A DNA stretch of 61,522 nt, filler included, from Archaeoglobus sp. JdFR-37 (GTDB lineage: Archaea > Halobacteriota > Archaeoglobi > Archaeoglobales > Archaeoglobaceae), in assembly GCA_002010215.1 (NCBI GenBank). It is 3 parts of 3 records of this genome, joined end to end, with 100 filler letters (N's around TTAATTAATTAA, not from the genome) between each part and the next. Parts side by side here need not be neighbours in the genome. Positions count along the whole stretch, not along the records: positions 28,375 to 55,480 come from MTMY01000029.1; positions 55,581 to 61,522 come from MTMY01000050.1; 1 more part is not named here. The stretch is one strand, 5' to 3'. The translations under genes were made by a program, and so were the position numbers. Numbering within the stretch: position 1 is the first letter of the stretch; each line of letters opens with the position of its first letter. Below, one piece after another: positions 49,451 through 60,020 of the stretch. Below the pieces are notes generated by a model, which saw only the letters and a program-made list of their open reading frames with translations, did not search any database and was not told the origin of the DNA.

Positions 49451-50677
49451 ATGTTTATGGAAAGTTTCGTTAATAAAGAATTTTTTGAATGGATCAAACA
49501 AGTGGCTGAGAGGTTGAAGGAGTATGAGCTGGATGAGATAACTGTTGTACATCACAATGACGCTGATGGAATTTGTTCCGGAGCCATCCTTTCCCATCTT
49601 TGCGGATGTATGGAGCATAAGCCGGAGCGGATCTGCATTGAAAAAGTATATCCAGAGATAATCAGGAAGATTCACCAAGGAAGAGAGGAACAGATAATTG
49701 TTTACACCGATCTTGCTGGTATGGCAGCGGAGACCATAGACAAAATCGATGCCGGCAGAAATACAGTTTATATCATTGACCATCATCCGGCAAAGAGCAT
49801 AGAAAGCAACAATGTATTCGTTCTCGACCCTGAGCTAGTCGGTATCTCAGGTGATACCTTTATTTCAGCCTCAACGCTGTGCTATCTGGTCAGTAGGTCG
49901 ATGACGGATGAGATGAGCAAATTTGCCTATCTAGCAGTTGTTGGAGCGGTTGGAGATTACCACGACAGGAGCGGCGGTATATTGGGAATTGACAGATACG
50001 CTCTGCATGAAGCGATTCACGCCGGGCAGGCTGAAATAAAAATCGAAGGACATAAAGAGAGATACCATATTCCATTCTTCAACGAATGCGCAGATGTTGT
50101 TGCAAGAAGGCTGACGAATCTCGGAGTTGTGGGTTACGAAGTGGAAGGCTACAAAAGAGGTATTAAAGCATGTATAGATGGTTTTGACAATAGTACCATT
50201 GAAGAGGCCGAGAAATTCGAGAGAGTTAAATCCGATAAATTCAGTGAAGCCATTGAATATCTAAAAAGTGAAGGATTGAATGTTGGAAAGCATACCCAGT
50301 GGTTCCACCTTCAAGACATGTTCTCTCCAATGGGCGTTAAGGCTGTCGGAGAGTTCTGTCAGCTAATAAAGGATATGTCGTTCATCAAAGAGGACAGATA
50401 CCTAGTAGGTTTTCAGGACATTCCTAAAAACGTTCCCGATCTGGGAGAGGTCGAGCTTGACGCAGTAAAGATGAGTGGAAGAACTCCGCCAGTCCTTGAG
50501 AGGAGAATACTTAACGATGAAGCTCCAGGATTCGACTATCTGGTTCCGAAAGCCAGTGAAATTGTAGGAGCCTTTGCCGATGCCACCCACAGAATCGCCG
50601 CTGCAACAGTCATTGAAAAAGGGAAAGAGGAGGAATTTGTCAGGGTTTTTGAAGAGCTGGTAGATGCATTTGAATAG
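49451..50677 (+). CDS. DHH-family phosphoesterase
   Basis: HHNDADG, TDL, IDHH, VGAVGD. Confidence 0.82.
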   Translation: MFMESFVNKEFFEWIKQVAERLKEYELDEITVVHHNDADGICSGAILSHLCGCMEHKPERICIEKVYPEIIRKIHQGREEQIIVYTDLAGMAAETIDKIDAGRNTVYIIDHHPAKSIESNNVFVLDPELVGISGDTFISASTLCYLVSRSMTDEMSKFAYLAVVGAVGDYHDRSGGILGIDRYALHEAIHAGQAEIKIEGHKERYHIPFFNECADVVARRLTNLGVVGYEVEGYKRGIKACIDGFDNSTIEEAEKFERVKSDKFSEAIEYLKSEGLNVGKHTQWFHLQDMFSPMGVKAVGEFCQLIKDMSFIKEDRYLVGFQDIPKNVPDLGEVELDAVKMSGRTPPVLERRILNDEAPGFDYLVPKASEIVGAFADATHRIAAATVIEKGKEEEFVRVFEELVDAFE

Positions 50678-50691
50678 AATTGGTTGAGACT

Positions 50692-51243
50692 ATGTTCAGC
50701 CTCTTGGTTGACAAAAATATCCAACTAAGACTGCTTGAAGAAACACATGCAGAGGAGCTATACCTTCTGACTGACCAGAATAGAGAACACCTACGTAAAT
50801 GGCTTTCATGGGTGGACAAAGTTGTTTCCGTTCAGGATACAAGAAACTTCATCAAACTGTCTTTGAAGCAATTTGAAGCCAACAAAGGCATTCAGGCAGG
50901 AATCTGGTATAAGGAAATGCTGGTCGGAGTCATCGGGTGTGAAACTGATCCAGAAGATAAAACCGCTACTATTGGTTACTGGCTTGCTGCCCCCTTTCAG
51001 AGTCATGGGATAATGACGAAGGCGTGCAGGGCGCTGATAGAATACTTGTTCAGGGAGAAGGCCATGAATCGCATAGAGATTCGCTGTGCCGTTGAAAATA
51101 AAAGAAGTCGTGCCATTCCAGAGAGGCTTGGTTTCACTCAGGAAGGAGTAATCAGGAATGCTGAACTGCTCAACGGTCGTTATGTGGATCACGTGATTTA
51201 CGGGCTGCATAGAAAAGACTGGAAACCTAAAGGACAGTTATAG
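50692..51243 (+). CDS. RimJ/RimL-type GNAT acetyltransferase
   Basis: NREHL..WL.W, IGYWL...Q..GIMT, N..S..IPERLGF..EG..R. Confidence 0.9.
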   Translation: MFSLLVDKNIQLRLLEETHAEELYLLTDQNREHLRKWLSWVDKVVSVQDTRNFIKLSLKQFEANKGIQAGIWYKEMLVGVIGCETDPEDKTATIGYWLAAPFQSHGIMTKACRALIEYLFREKAMNRIEIRCAVENKRSRAIPERLGFTQEGVIRNAELLNGRYVDHVIYGLHRKDWKPKGQL

Positions 51244-51337
51244 GATGGCTACAGGATGGCAGTACAATAATAAGCTCTAAAAACTGGCAAAGTTATTTGT
51301 GTTATGATATTTATTTATTAAAAAAGAAGGTGATGAA

Positions 51338-52018
51338 ATGCCATTGAATGTTGCAGAAATTTTGAAAAAACCTGTTGAGATTGTTCAGGAAGGATACTAT
51401 GACATTTTTGTTCCGGCACTGCTTCCATTTGTTGTTTCGATAGTATTCGCGATTGCAGTTGGCGGTTCGGTTATGGGGATGGCATCCGTTGGCCTGATAA
51501 ACGTCGGAGCACTTATTGGCCTGGTGGGAGCTTATGTCCTCGCCGTAATTATAACCTCTATACTGGCCACCGGAGCCATAGTTTACATGGCCTATCAGGA
51601 GTTCAACGGGGTGAGGATGGGATACCAAGAAGGGATAAATGCCGCAATGAGGAAACTTACTCCTCTTCTCATAGCTTCCATTGTAATAGGAATTGGTGTG
51701 GCATTTGGAATGATGCTGCTGATAATTCCCGGACTTTTGTGGGCTTTATTCACGATCTTCACCACCCCTGAAATAATGATTTCCAACAAAGACTGGCTCG
51801 ATGCAATAAAAGGAAGCATAGAAGTTGTGAAGCAGAACTTTAGAGATGTATTAGTTTTTACTATAGCACTGCTGATAATTTCAGCAATCATAAGCATCGT
51901 TGTGGGATCAATTCCATACATCGGTAACCCTCTAGCAATGCTGATAACAACCACCTATGCAGGTGTGGCAGTCACTGCTGCATATCTGGAGCTTGAGCAG
52001 AAAGAAGCGGTTCATTGA
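51338..52018 (+). CDS. Hypothetical membrane protein
   Basis: G..LLIIPG motif; multi-TM; SD AAGGTGA. Confidence 0.75.
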   Translation: MPLNVAEILKKPVEIVQEGYYDIFVPALLPFVVSIVFAIAVGGSVMGMASVGLINVGALIGLVGAYVLAVIITSILATGAIVYMAYQEFNGVRMGYQEGINAAMRKLTPLLIASIVIGIGVAFGMMLLIIPGLLWALFTIFTTPEIMISNKDWLDAIKGSIEVVKQNFRDVLVFTIALLIISAIISIVVGSIPYIGNPLAMLITTTYAGVAVTAAYLELEQKEAVH

Positions 52019-52048
52019 TGTTGATGTCAAGATGCTGGAAGTGTTGAT

Positions 52049-52909
52049 ATGAAAGCAACCTTTTCAATTGTTTTAAGAGTGGTTGCTTTATCTTTCATCC
52101 TATTTTTCAGCTACTCAGTAGCATCGCTGCTGGTAGGACTTGGGACGTCTTCCGGGTCTAACACCGCTGTAATCTGGCTTTTTGCAGTATGTCTCATGAG
52201 CTCCATCGTAGTGAGTTATCCTGTTATCCGCTCTAAATGGAACGGCTGGCAGCTGGTTCTGGCCATTTTCATCATCTTTTACGGAGTGACGACCTTTCAA
52301 TCTCAAATAGAGACGGTAGTATTCCTTCAGTATCTAGTGGACATTATCCCAGTAGGGATTGTCCCAAGGCTTTTTGTTCAGGGAATAATTGTCTCTGCTC
52401 TTTTTTCACCCTTTGCTGTCCTGATTCACGGAAAGATGGGCAGTAATAGAGAGTATGAACAATCAGAAAGTCCAAAAACCAGCACACGCCTTGATATGCC
52501 TCCGAAAGAGTGGGTCTGGAAGCTGGGACTGATAGCAGTCATCTATGTGGTTGTTTATATCTCCTTCGGCATATTTATTTTCAGACCGCTGGCAGGCGAG
52601 GCATTTCAGGAGTACTATGCTGATCTGCAGCTACCTGCCTGGATACTCCCATTTCAGATGCTGAGGGGGCTTATATGGGCTGCTCTAGCACTCCCAGTAA
52701 TCAAAATGATGAAAGGTGAATTGTGGGAAGCTAAATTGGCAGTAGCTCTACTCTTCTCAGTCCTTATGGGTTCTCTTCTTCTAATACCTAACCCCTACAT
52801 GCCGGACACAATACGTCTGGCTCATTTTGTTGAGGTGTCTTCCTCAAACTTTGTTTTTGGCTGGGTTGCTGCGTGGATACTGACTCTGGGTGTTAATTCG
52901 AGGGGGTAA
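52049..52909 (+). CDS. Hypothetical membrane protein with two related halves
   Basis: About 8 TM segments around a polar linker. Confidence 0.75.
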   Translation: MKATFSIVLRVVALSFILFFSYSVASLLVGLGTSSGSNTAVIWLFAVCLMSSIVVSYPVIRSKWNGWQLVLAIFIIFYGVTTFQSQIETVVFLQYLVDIIPVGIVPRLFVQGIIVSALFSPFAVLIHGKMGSNREYEQSESPKTSTRLDMPPKEWVWKLGLIAVIYVVVYISFGIFIFRPLAGEAFQEYYADLQLPAWILPFQMLRGLIWAALALPVIKMMKGELWEAKLAVALLFSVLMGSLLLIPNPYMPDTIRLAHFVEVSSSNFVFGWVAAWILTLGVNSRG

Positions 52910-52939
52910 GAAATACTCAGGGAGACAATTGAATGAGAG

Positions 52940-54964
52940 TCATTTCAAGAGCTTGGCATTTATCGATACAATTATGGTGCTGAGAGTCATGAGGGCTGCT
53001 CCAGCAGCAGGACTCAATAATATTCCGAGAGAATAGGCTACTCCCGCTGCAAGAGGAATTGCAAATGCATTGTAACCAGTTGCCCAGAGAAGATTCTGAA
53101 CCATTTTCCCATAGGTGCTCCTAGAAAGGGTCAATATTGCCACAACATCTCTGGGATCATTTCTCACCAGAATTATATCGGCAGTTTCGATGGCGATATC
53201 TGTGCCAGCGCCGATGGCTATACCAACATCTGCTTGAGCCAATGCGGGAGCATCGTTGACGCCATCACCAACCATGGCAACAGCATAGCGCTCCTGAACC
53301 CCTTTGATGACTTCTGATTTCTCATGTGGCAGCACTTCAGCAAAAACTTCATCTAGGCCAAGCTCCTTAGCCACCCACTCGGCGACGAATCTGTTGTCAC
53401 CAGTGAGCATCATGCACTTTATGCCCATGGCCTTGAGCTTTGCAATTGCTTCCCTTGACTCCTCCCTTATCATGTCCGCAAGGGCTATGACTCCCACCAC
53501 CTTCTGCTCTCCGGAATCCTCGAGCAGAAATACAACCGTTTTCCCCTGCTGAGCAAGCTTTTCTACCCGTTCATCTTTCAGTGCCATTCCCTTTTCTCTC
53601 AAATAGCCCGGACTCACGACTCTATAAAGCCTACCATTAACGACTCCTTCAACACCCTTCCCCGGAATGGCCTTGAAATTCAGAACCTCTAAAAGCCCAA
53701 TATTGCGTTTCTCAGCCTCTCTAACCACACCCTGAGCTATGGGGTGCTCGGATTTCGATTCCAAACTTGCAGCGATTTGGATGACCTCTTCTTCCCTCCC
53801 ACCAAAGGTCAGTACATCCGTAACGCCGAACCTCCCTTCAGTAAGGGTCCCGGTTTTGTCGAAGACCACAGCCTTAACATCCTTCGCCCTCTCAAAGGCC
53901 TGTCTGTCTCTAATTAGCAACCCATTCTTTGCTGCGATGGATGTTGAAACTGCAACCACAAGTGGAACTGCCAAACCCAAAGCATGAGGGCATGCAATGA
54001 CCATAACAGTCACGGCCCTCTCCACTGCAAAAGCCACATCCATGCCTAGGAAAATCCATGCTGCAAAGGTGATAGCACCTACACTCAAGGATATGAGAGT
54101 GAGAAAAAATGCTGCCTTGTTTGCGAGGTCTTGCGTTCTCGACTTGCTCTCCTGAGCCTCCTTAACAAGCTCTATAACCTGATTAAGATAAGTATCTTTC
54201 CCAGTTTTCCTAACCTCTACAACAATGGAGCCCTCCCCATTAATAGAGCCACCTATCACTTCATCTCCCGGTTTTTTGGTAGAAGGCTTGCTCTCGCCTG
54301 TCAGCATCGCTTCGTTAACACTCGTTTCCCCCTCAATCACAACACCATCTACCGGAATCTTCTCCCCCGGCTTTACCAGAACCCGGTCACCGGGTCTTAG
54401 CTCTTCAACCCTCACATCCACAATTTTGCCATCCTTTAACAGGTGAGCCTCAGAGGGCATTATTTTGACCAGCTCTTCTAGAGCTCTTGAAGCGCCAAGA
54501 ATTGAACGCATTTCTAGCCAGTGACCTAAGAGCATGATGTCAATAAGAGTTGCGAGTTCCCAGAAAAACACCTTTCCTTCCAGCCCGAATACGACTGCGG
54601 AGCTGTAAAGGTATGCAGCAGTGATGGCTACAGAGATGAGAGTCATCATTCCTGGCATTCTTTTTCGTATCTCATCTAGGAAACCCCTGATGAACGGGTA
54701 GCCACCGTAAAAGTAAACAAAGGATGAAAGAGCAAAGAGAACGTAGATATCTCCTTCAAACCTGAAACTGAAGCGTAAAATGGATTGAATGAGGGGAGAC
54801 AGTATTAGAATTGGAATGGTCACAAGGGCACAGATGTAGAAGCGTTTCTTGAATTCCAGCATCATGTGCTGGTGGTGAGTGTGCACATGCTTCTCAACGT
54901 GCTCTTTCTCATGCTGCATCTCCATTTTATCGTTTTGAGCATGGTGGGCGTGAGGTTCTTGCAT
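52940..54964 (-). CDS. copB: P1B-3 copper-transporting ATPase
   Basis: His-rich N-terminus, TGES, CPH, DKTGT, GDGVND, YN. Confidence 0.93.
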   Translation of the reverse strand: MQEPHAHHAQNDKMEMQHEKEHVEKHVHTHHQHMMLEFKKRFYICALVTIPILILSPLIQSILRFSFRFEGDIYVLFALSSFVYFYGGYPFIRGFLDEIRKRMPGMMTLISVAITAAYLYSSAVVFGLEGKVFFWELATLIDIMLLGHWLEMRSILGASRALEELVKIMPSEAHLLKDGKIVDVRVEELRPGDRVLVKPGEKIPVDGVVIEGETSVNEAMLTGESKPSTKKPGDEVIGGSINGEGSIVVEVRKTGKDTYLNQVIELVKEAQESKSRTQDLANKAAFFLTLISLSVGAITFAAWIFLGMDVAFAVERAVTVMVIACPHALGLAVPLVVAVSTSIAAKNGLLIRDRQAFERAKDVKAVVFDKTGTLTEGRFGVTDVLTFGGREEEVIQIAASLESKSEHPIAQGVVREAEKRNIGLLEVLNFKAIPGKGVEGVVNGRLYRVVSPGYLREKGMALKDERVEKLAQQGKTVVFLLEDSGEQKVVGVIALADMIREESREAIAKLKAMGIKCMMLTGDNRFVAEWVAKELGLDEVFAEVLPHEKSEVIKGVQERYAVAMVGDGVNDAPALAQADVGIAIGAGTDIAIETADIILVRNDPRDVVAILTLSRSTYGKMVQNLLWATGYNAFAIPLAAGVAYSLGILLSPAAGAALMTLSTIIVSINAKLLK

Positions 54965-54967
54965 CCT

Positions 54968-55288
54968 TCACCTCTCAAGCTCTTCTTTCATTTTCTGATA
55001 CTCTTCATGCGTTATTTCTCCTCTAGCATACCTCTCTTTGAGAACCTCCAAAGCTCTGTTGCGCTCTTTTGTTTCAGCTGGAGTTGTTTCTCTCAGGATT
55101 ACATAAAGAACAAGAAAAAGGAGGCCCACCATTGGGAGTATCACCAAAATAAACCACAAAGGACCGTTCATTCCTCTTTTTTCCGCATCCTGATACACCA
55201 AGTACCCAATAAACAGAAACAGAATCCACCAAAATACCATCCAGAAGCTAAAAAATCCAAAGCCGAAAGGCATCATATATCCGTTCAT
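54968..55288 (-). CDS. SHOCT-domain membrane protein
   Basis: VYQDA.KRG...W, then [18 protein letters not shown]. Confidence 0.85.
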   Translation of the reverse strand: MNGYMMPFGFGFFSFWMVFWWILFLFIGYLVYQDAEKRGMNGPLWFILVILPMVGLLFLVLYVILRETTPAETKERNRALEVLKERYARGEITHEEYQKMKEELER

Positions 55289-55480
55289 AAAGATATTGCT
55301 TTACACCAGAAATATAACATTTTTCCCTTATTGTTTTTTGCTTGATTTTTGCTGACAGTGGAAACTATTCCTCTACACCAAATTCTGAAACATCTTGAAG
55401 CTTTGTAAATCAATCTGAAACGTTTGGACGCTGCTTAGGCTGACGATTGGCTACCAAACTCCTATTGCCCCTGAGGAGAA

Positions 55481-55580
55481 NNNNNNNNNNNNNNNNNNNN
55501 NNNNNNNNNNNNNNNNNNNNNNNNTTAATTAATTAANNNNNNNNNNNNNNNNNNNNNNNNNNNNNNNNNNNNNNNNNNNN
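55481..55580. other. Artificial contig linker
   Basis: 44 N + TTAATTAATTAA + 44 N. Confidence 0.98.
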
Positions 55581-55851
55581 CCTTCCACCTTCCCCTGAGC
55601 TTCGCGGTGAAGAGTTCCAGCCTGATATGCTCACCGGTTCTGACGATCGGACCCGCCCATAGATAAACCATGGTTATAAAGGAATAACGACATATTTCGT
55701 CAAGCCACAGATATCCAAGCCCGAAGCCATATCTCATTATTACGGCAGCGAAGGCCAACAATGTCGCCAACCATGTCAGCCCTCCGCATACATACCAAAG
55801 GGGACGTTCTACAGCGTCAGCAATCCTTTCTATGCGTTTGCTGAGTTGCAC
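55581..55851 (-). CDS. dctQ: TRAP small permease, 3'-truncated
   Basis: V.MRY, W.DE..RY, HIR.E; SD AAGGAG. Confidence 0.85.
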
Positions 55852-55870
55852 GGCGTCTCCTTATGTCCCA

Positions 55871-55912
55871 GGCTGGTTGTGGTATGCGGTAATACCGCAC
55901 CCACTACCAGCC
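55871..55912 (-). terminator. Long intercistronic hairpin between dctP and dctQ
   Basis: GGCTGGT..GTGG..TGCGGTA-A-TACCGCA..CCAC..ACCAGCC. Confidence 0.6.
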
Positions 55913-55928
55913 CGTTTGTGCCTGTCTT

Positions 55929-56981
55929 TCAATCCAGCTTAAGGTCTTCAGGGGTCAATTCTTTGGCTGCTTCGATCATCGACATGGCCACCTTCTCTCC
56001 CACCTTTTTCTTAAATTTCTCAATACAGGCAGGTTGGGTTGCATCCCTCATTCGCCTTAGCTCTTCTTTGGGAATGGTGAAGATCTTCACGTTGAATGGT
56101 GGCTTCTGCATTATCTTCAAAGTCTCGACAGTGCGCCTTTCGACTTCGTCGAATGAGAATTCCATGACTTCAGGCATCACCTTATTTTCGATGATGTCTT
56201 TGATGTCAGCGGGCAAGCTATTCCACCACTTCAAGTTGGCTAGAAATGGAAGCGAATAGGTGCACCAATAGGGAATGCTTGCATATTTTGTGTGCCATCT
56301 TGCATCGTGGTAGTGAAGGGGTACTGTAGTCAGCCCATCGACGACTCCTGTTTGCAATGCCACGGGAACTTCGGTTCCGGGGATCACAACGGCGGAAGCT
56401 CCAAGTCCTCGCAAGAAAAGCTCCCCAAGCATGCCGCCCGGGTGCCTTATCTTGAGGCCTTTGAAGTCTTCAAGCTTTCTTATGGGACGTACGTTGCAAC
56501 CGAAAAAGAATCCATCGACTGTACAGGGAGTCCCAAGGCGGTACAGCCCCTTCTTCATCTGTCTCTCTTTTAGAACCCCCTCTATTCTGGGATCGAGAAA
56601 GGCCTTCCGGATATGGCGAGTGTCTCCTGGTGCTGTACGAAACAGGAAGGGTATGGTCCAGATGGCCTCAGCCGGATCAATAGATTCGATAATGCCCCCG
56701 ATGTTATAACAGGCTTCAGCACCGCCACTCAAAACGGTCGTAATTTCCTTTGTAATGGGGCAGACTGACGCATTAGGAAATATGACAACATCTACGCGTC
56801 CATTCGTGTATTTTTCGGTGAGTTCCTCGAACTTCTTCATGTTTCGCCCGTGCTGGGTAGTCTCAGGATACGCATGAATAATCCTCATCTTTATAACTTT
56901 CGGTGCTGCGAAGGTTGGGGTTATTAAAAAGGAAAAGACTAATAGAACCCCTAAGATGGAGGAAAAGAGTTTATTCTTCAT
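55929..56981 (-). CDS. dctP: TRAP substrate-binding protein (DctP family)
   Basis: Signal peptide, PFLF, EDFKGLKIR, E...ALQTGVVDG. Confidence 0.9.
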   Translation of the reverse strand: MKNKLFSSILGVLLVFSFLITPTFAAPKVIKMRIIHAYPETTQHGRNMKKFEELTEKYTNGRVDVVIFPNASVCPITKEITTVLSGGAEACYNIGGIIESIDPAEAIWTIPFLFRTAPGDTRHIRKAFLDPRIEGVLKERQMKKGLYRLGTPCTVDGFFFGCNVRPIRKLEDFKGLKIRHPGGMLGELFLRGLGASAVVIPGTEVPVALQTGVVDGLTTVPLHYHDARWHTKYASIPYWCTYSLPFLANLKWWNSLPADIKDIIENKVMPEVMEFSFDEVERRTVETLKIMQKPPFNVKIFTIPKEELRRMRDATQPACIEKFKKKVGEKVAMSMIEAAKELTPEDLKLD

Positions 56982-57169
56982 TGCCCCACCTCCTAATGTA
57001 ATTATTATGGTGGTCTCCAAGCACCACCATTACGAAAGCATGTATATAAAAAACTTGACGCCTATTTGGCAAGATCAGTTATCCGTTAAATCTGGTTACT
57101 TTGTGTTTATTTGACACCATCTTTTTGGATGTAATAACGGTTGAAGACATAGTTACATTACAATGAGTG

Positions 57170-57817
57170 TTACATTTTCTTAAAATTGCTGATTAGATTA
57201 TCTCTAACACAATGGATATGATCTTTAATACATTCCTTTATTAAAGAAATATCTTTGTCGTAACACGCTTTGACTATCATCTCATGCTGTTTGAGATATT
57301 CTTCTACATATCCAGGGATAATGAATACATAGTACGAATACATGAGGTTACGGTTTCGTAAGTTAATAATAAGATCTACCAATATATCATTTTTACTAAG
57401 CTTAGGTAAAAATAGATGAAATGTTAAATTTTCTCTAATGTAACGAAAAAAGTTCTTTTCTTCGATGTGATTGATTAGCTTGTTATTTATCCTTTCAAAG
57501 TTTTTGCATTGGGTTTTNGTAAGGTATGGTATGGCTAATTCGGCAGCGTAAGATTCTAAGTTAGCCAAGATTCCATAGCATTGTACGGCTTCGTCGAGTG
57601 ACAGTTTTTTTACAGTAGCTCCTTTATTTGGAGTTATAGTCAAGAGGCCTTCGTCATGGAGCCTTCTGAGAGCCTCTCTAACATAGAGGCGGCTGCTGTT
57701 TAATTCATTGGTTAAATTCGTTTCTAAGAGCCTTTCGCCTGGGCTATATCTGCCGTATATGATGTTTTCTTTTATGCGTTGATAAGTCTGTTCTTTTTTA
57801 TTCATTTTATGTCTCAT
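57170..57817 (-). CDS. GntR (FCD) family transcription factor
   Basis: PGERLLE..L...SR..VREAL..L..EGL; FH and H motifs of the FCD domain. Confidence 0.9.
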   Translation of the reverse strand: MRHKMNKKEQTYQRIKENIIYGRYSPGERLLETNLTNELNSSRLYVREALRRLHDEGLLTITPNKGATVKKLSLDEAVQCYGILANLESYAAELAIPYLXKTQCKNFERINNKLINHIEEKNFFRYIRENLTFHLFLPKLSKNDILVDLIINLRNRNLMYSYYVFIIPGYVEEYLKQHEMIVKACYDKDISLIKECIKDHIHCVRDNLISNFKKM

Positions 57818-57860
57818 GAATCCCTTGCTGGAGTTGTTCCGTGTTGTTAGGACCAAAAGA

Positions 57861-59054
57861 TCAAACCTCTTTTTGAGGTTCATGTGCTAATACTATGGCA
57901 CCTTTCGCTGCCAATTTGCTTATTGAAGCTGAATCATATCCAATCTCCATAAGAACTTCCTTCGTGTGTTGCCCCAACATTGGAGCTGGAAGGTAAATGT
58001 CAGGCATTTTGCCAGAAATGCCTAAAGGAGTTTTTGTGACATTGACAAGTCCGTATTCAGGGTGGTCAACTTCTTGTAGAATTCGTCTTGATAAGACGTG
58101 AGGATCTTCGAGAACTTCATCGAGGCTTAAAACCGGGGCGCATGGTACTCCTATTGCATTGAGCTTTTCTATTATCATTTTGGATGAATATTGTTTGAAT
58201 ACTTGCCCCAACTTTTGGGTTAGCTCTTCCCGATTGCGGCATCTATCGGCATTAGTCCTAAACCGAGGATCGTGGTAGATTTCTTGAAGTGCAAATTCAT
58301 CACAGAAAGCCTTCCAGAAACGTTCCGTGGAGATACCAACAAAGACGTACTTGTCTGCGGTTCTGAAAACCTGGTATGGGGAGAATGCCGACAATGCAGA
58401 TCCCATTCGGCTAGGCAACTCTCCGGAAATGGAGTAATCTGCAATAAAATGACACATCCACGAGATGGCGGTGTCCAAAAGATTGGCTTCTATTTTCCTG
58501 CCTTGGCCGGTTTTTTCTCTGTCAAACAGGGAAACTAAGACTCCATATGCTGCATACATTCCAGTTCCCATATCTATCAGTGATGAAGCAATTCGTACCG
58601 GAGGACGTCCTGGTTCACCAGTGCAAGCCATAATTCCAGACATTGCCTGGGCGACGACGTCATATCCTGGCAGCTTACTATAGGGCCCAGTTCGGCCAAA
58701 GCCGGAGATTGAGACATATATGATTCGATTATTAATTTTTGCAACCTCATCATAGCCGAATCCTAATTTTTCTATGGTTCCTGGAGTAAAACTTTCCAAA
58801 AACACGTCGGCTCTTGATATCAGCTTCCTTAAAATTTCAGATCCTTCCTTCTTTTTCAGATCTATTGCTATTCCTCGCTTATTTCTGTTTATCGCTGCAT
58901 TGACGCCTCCATGGAAGGCATGTCGAAAGTGGTCTCCTTGTGGTGGTTCTACTTTTATGACATCTGCTCCCATATCTGCCAACAGCATAGCGCAAAATGG
59001 ACCAGCAACAGCTTGTCCTAGATCTAATACCTTGATATCTTTCAGAATGGTCAT
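57861..59054 (-). CDS. Class III CoA-transferase (CaiB/BaiF)
   Basis: AGPF...LAD.GADVIKVE, NRNKR, GYD...QA.SG, P.LGQHT. Confidence 0.93.
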   Translation of the reverse strand: MTILKDIKVLDLGQAVAGPFCAMLLADMGADVIKVEPPQGDHFRHAFHGGVNAAINRNKRGIAIDLKKKEGSEILRKLISRADVFLESFTPGTIEKLGFGYDEVAKINNRIIYVSISGFGRTGPYSKLPGYDVVAQAMSGIMACTGEPGRPPVRIASSLIDMGTGMYAAYGVLVSLFDREKTGQGRKIEANLLDTAISWMCHFIADYSISGELPSRMGSALSAFSPYQVFRTADKYVFVGISTERFWKAFCDEFALQEIYHDPRFRTNADRCRNREELTQKLGQVFKQYSSKMIIEKLNAIGVPCAPVLSLDEVLEDPHVLSRRILQEVDHPEYGLVNVTKTPLGISGKMPDIYLPAPMLGQHTKEVLMEIGYDSASISKLAAKGAIVLAHEPQKEV

Positions 59055-59109
59055 TTGGTTTTTTCTTATCCTAGTTCCTTATGGAGATTGACCGAAGACG
59101 TGAGTACAG

Positions 59110-60003
59110 TCATAGCATTCCGGCCTGTGTTGCCCTATCCAGTATTTTTCGAGCTCTAATGATGGTGGGTTGATCAACCATCTTCCCATCGAAAACAAAA
59201 ATTGCGTCTCCCTTGGTTAATGTGTCTTCGTAAGCGGCAATCAGTTCCTTTGCCCAATTAATTTGTTCCTGCGNCGGCACAAAAATGTCGTTTATAATGC
59301 TAAGTTGGCAGGGATGAATTGCAAATTTTCCCGTAAACCCTATTTGATACGCTTCGACTGCCTCTGCTTTTAGCCCTTCGGTGTCTCTATAATCCAAAAA
59401 AGGCGTATCTATACAATCAATCTTTACTGCACTTGCTGCAAAAGAGATAATACATTTCGCGTTAAATGTGAGTAACTTGCCAGCTCCGCGTCTGTCGGCG
59501 TTCATATCTCCAGCAAGGTCTTCTGCCCCAAAAGCCAATCCCACCAGTCGTTTCGAAGCGGATGCAATTTCCTTAACATTTGTAATGCCCTTCGAACTTT
59601 CAATTGTTGCGATAATTTTTATAGATCGCGGTTCGAAAGAAAAAGAATGTTCATATTCTTCTATGCTTTTATCGAGTTCTGTCACCTGATTTTTGTCCTC
59701 AACCTTTGGTAAGATAAGACAGTCAGGATTTCCTTGAATTATTTCTCTTAAATCGATTTTCCCCAAATCACCATCTATGGGATTTATCCTGACCATCTTT
59801 TCAGTTTTTCCGAAGTCTATGCTCATCAAGGCTTCCTTGACTTGTTTCCTTGCAATGTCTTTTTTTGAAAAAGCCACCCCATCTTCGAGGTCCATTACAA
59901 TACAATCAGCGTTTGACTTGGCCGCCTTTTCAATCATTCTTCTATTGTCCCCTGGCATTATTAAGAAAGATCTTCTTATTCTCATATCATTTGCCTTTGA
60001 CAA
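59110..60003 (-). CDS. CitE/malyl-CoA lyase-family C-C lyase
   Basis: RRS.L..PG, DLEDGV, VRIN, IES, FGAED, GK..IHP.Q, MVD.P. Confidence 0.9.
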   Translation of the reverse strand: MSKANDMRIRRSFLIMPGDNRRMIEKAAKSNADCIVMDLEDGVAFSKKDIARKQVKEALMSIDFGKTEKMVRINPIDGDLGKIDLREIIQGNPDCLILPKVEDKNQVTELDKSIEEYEHSFSFEPRSIKIIATIESSKGITNVKEIASASKRLVGLAFGAEDLAGDMNADRRGAGKLLTFNAKCIISFAASAVKIDCIDTPFLDYRDTEGLKAEAVEAYQIGFTGKFAIHPCQLSIINDIFVPXQEQINWAKELIAAYEDTLTKGDAIFVFDGKMVDQPTIIRARKILDRATQAGML

Positions 60004-60020
60004 GATTAATCGTTAATCTC

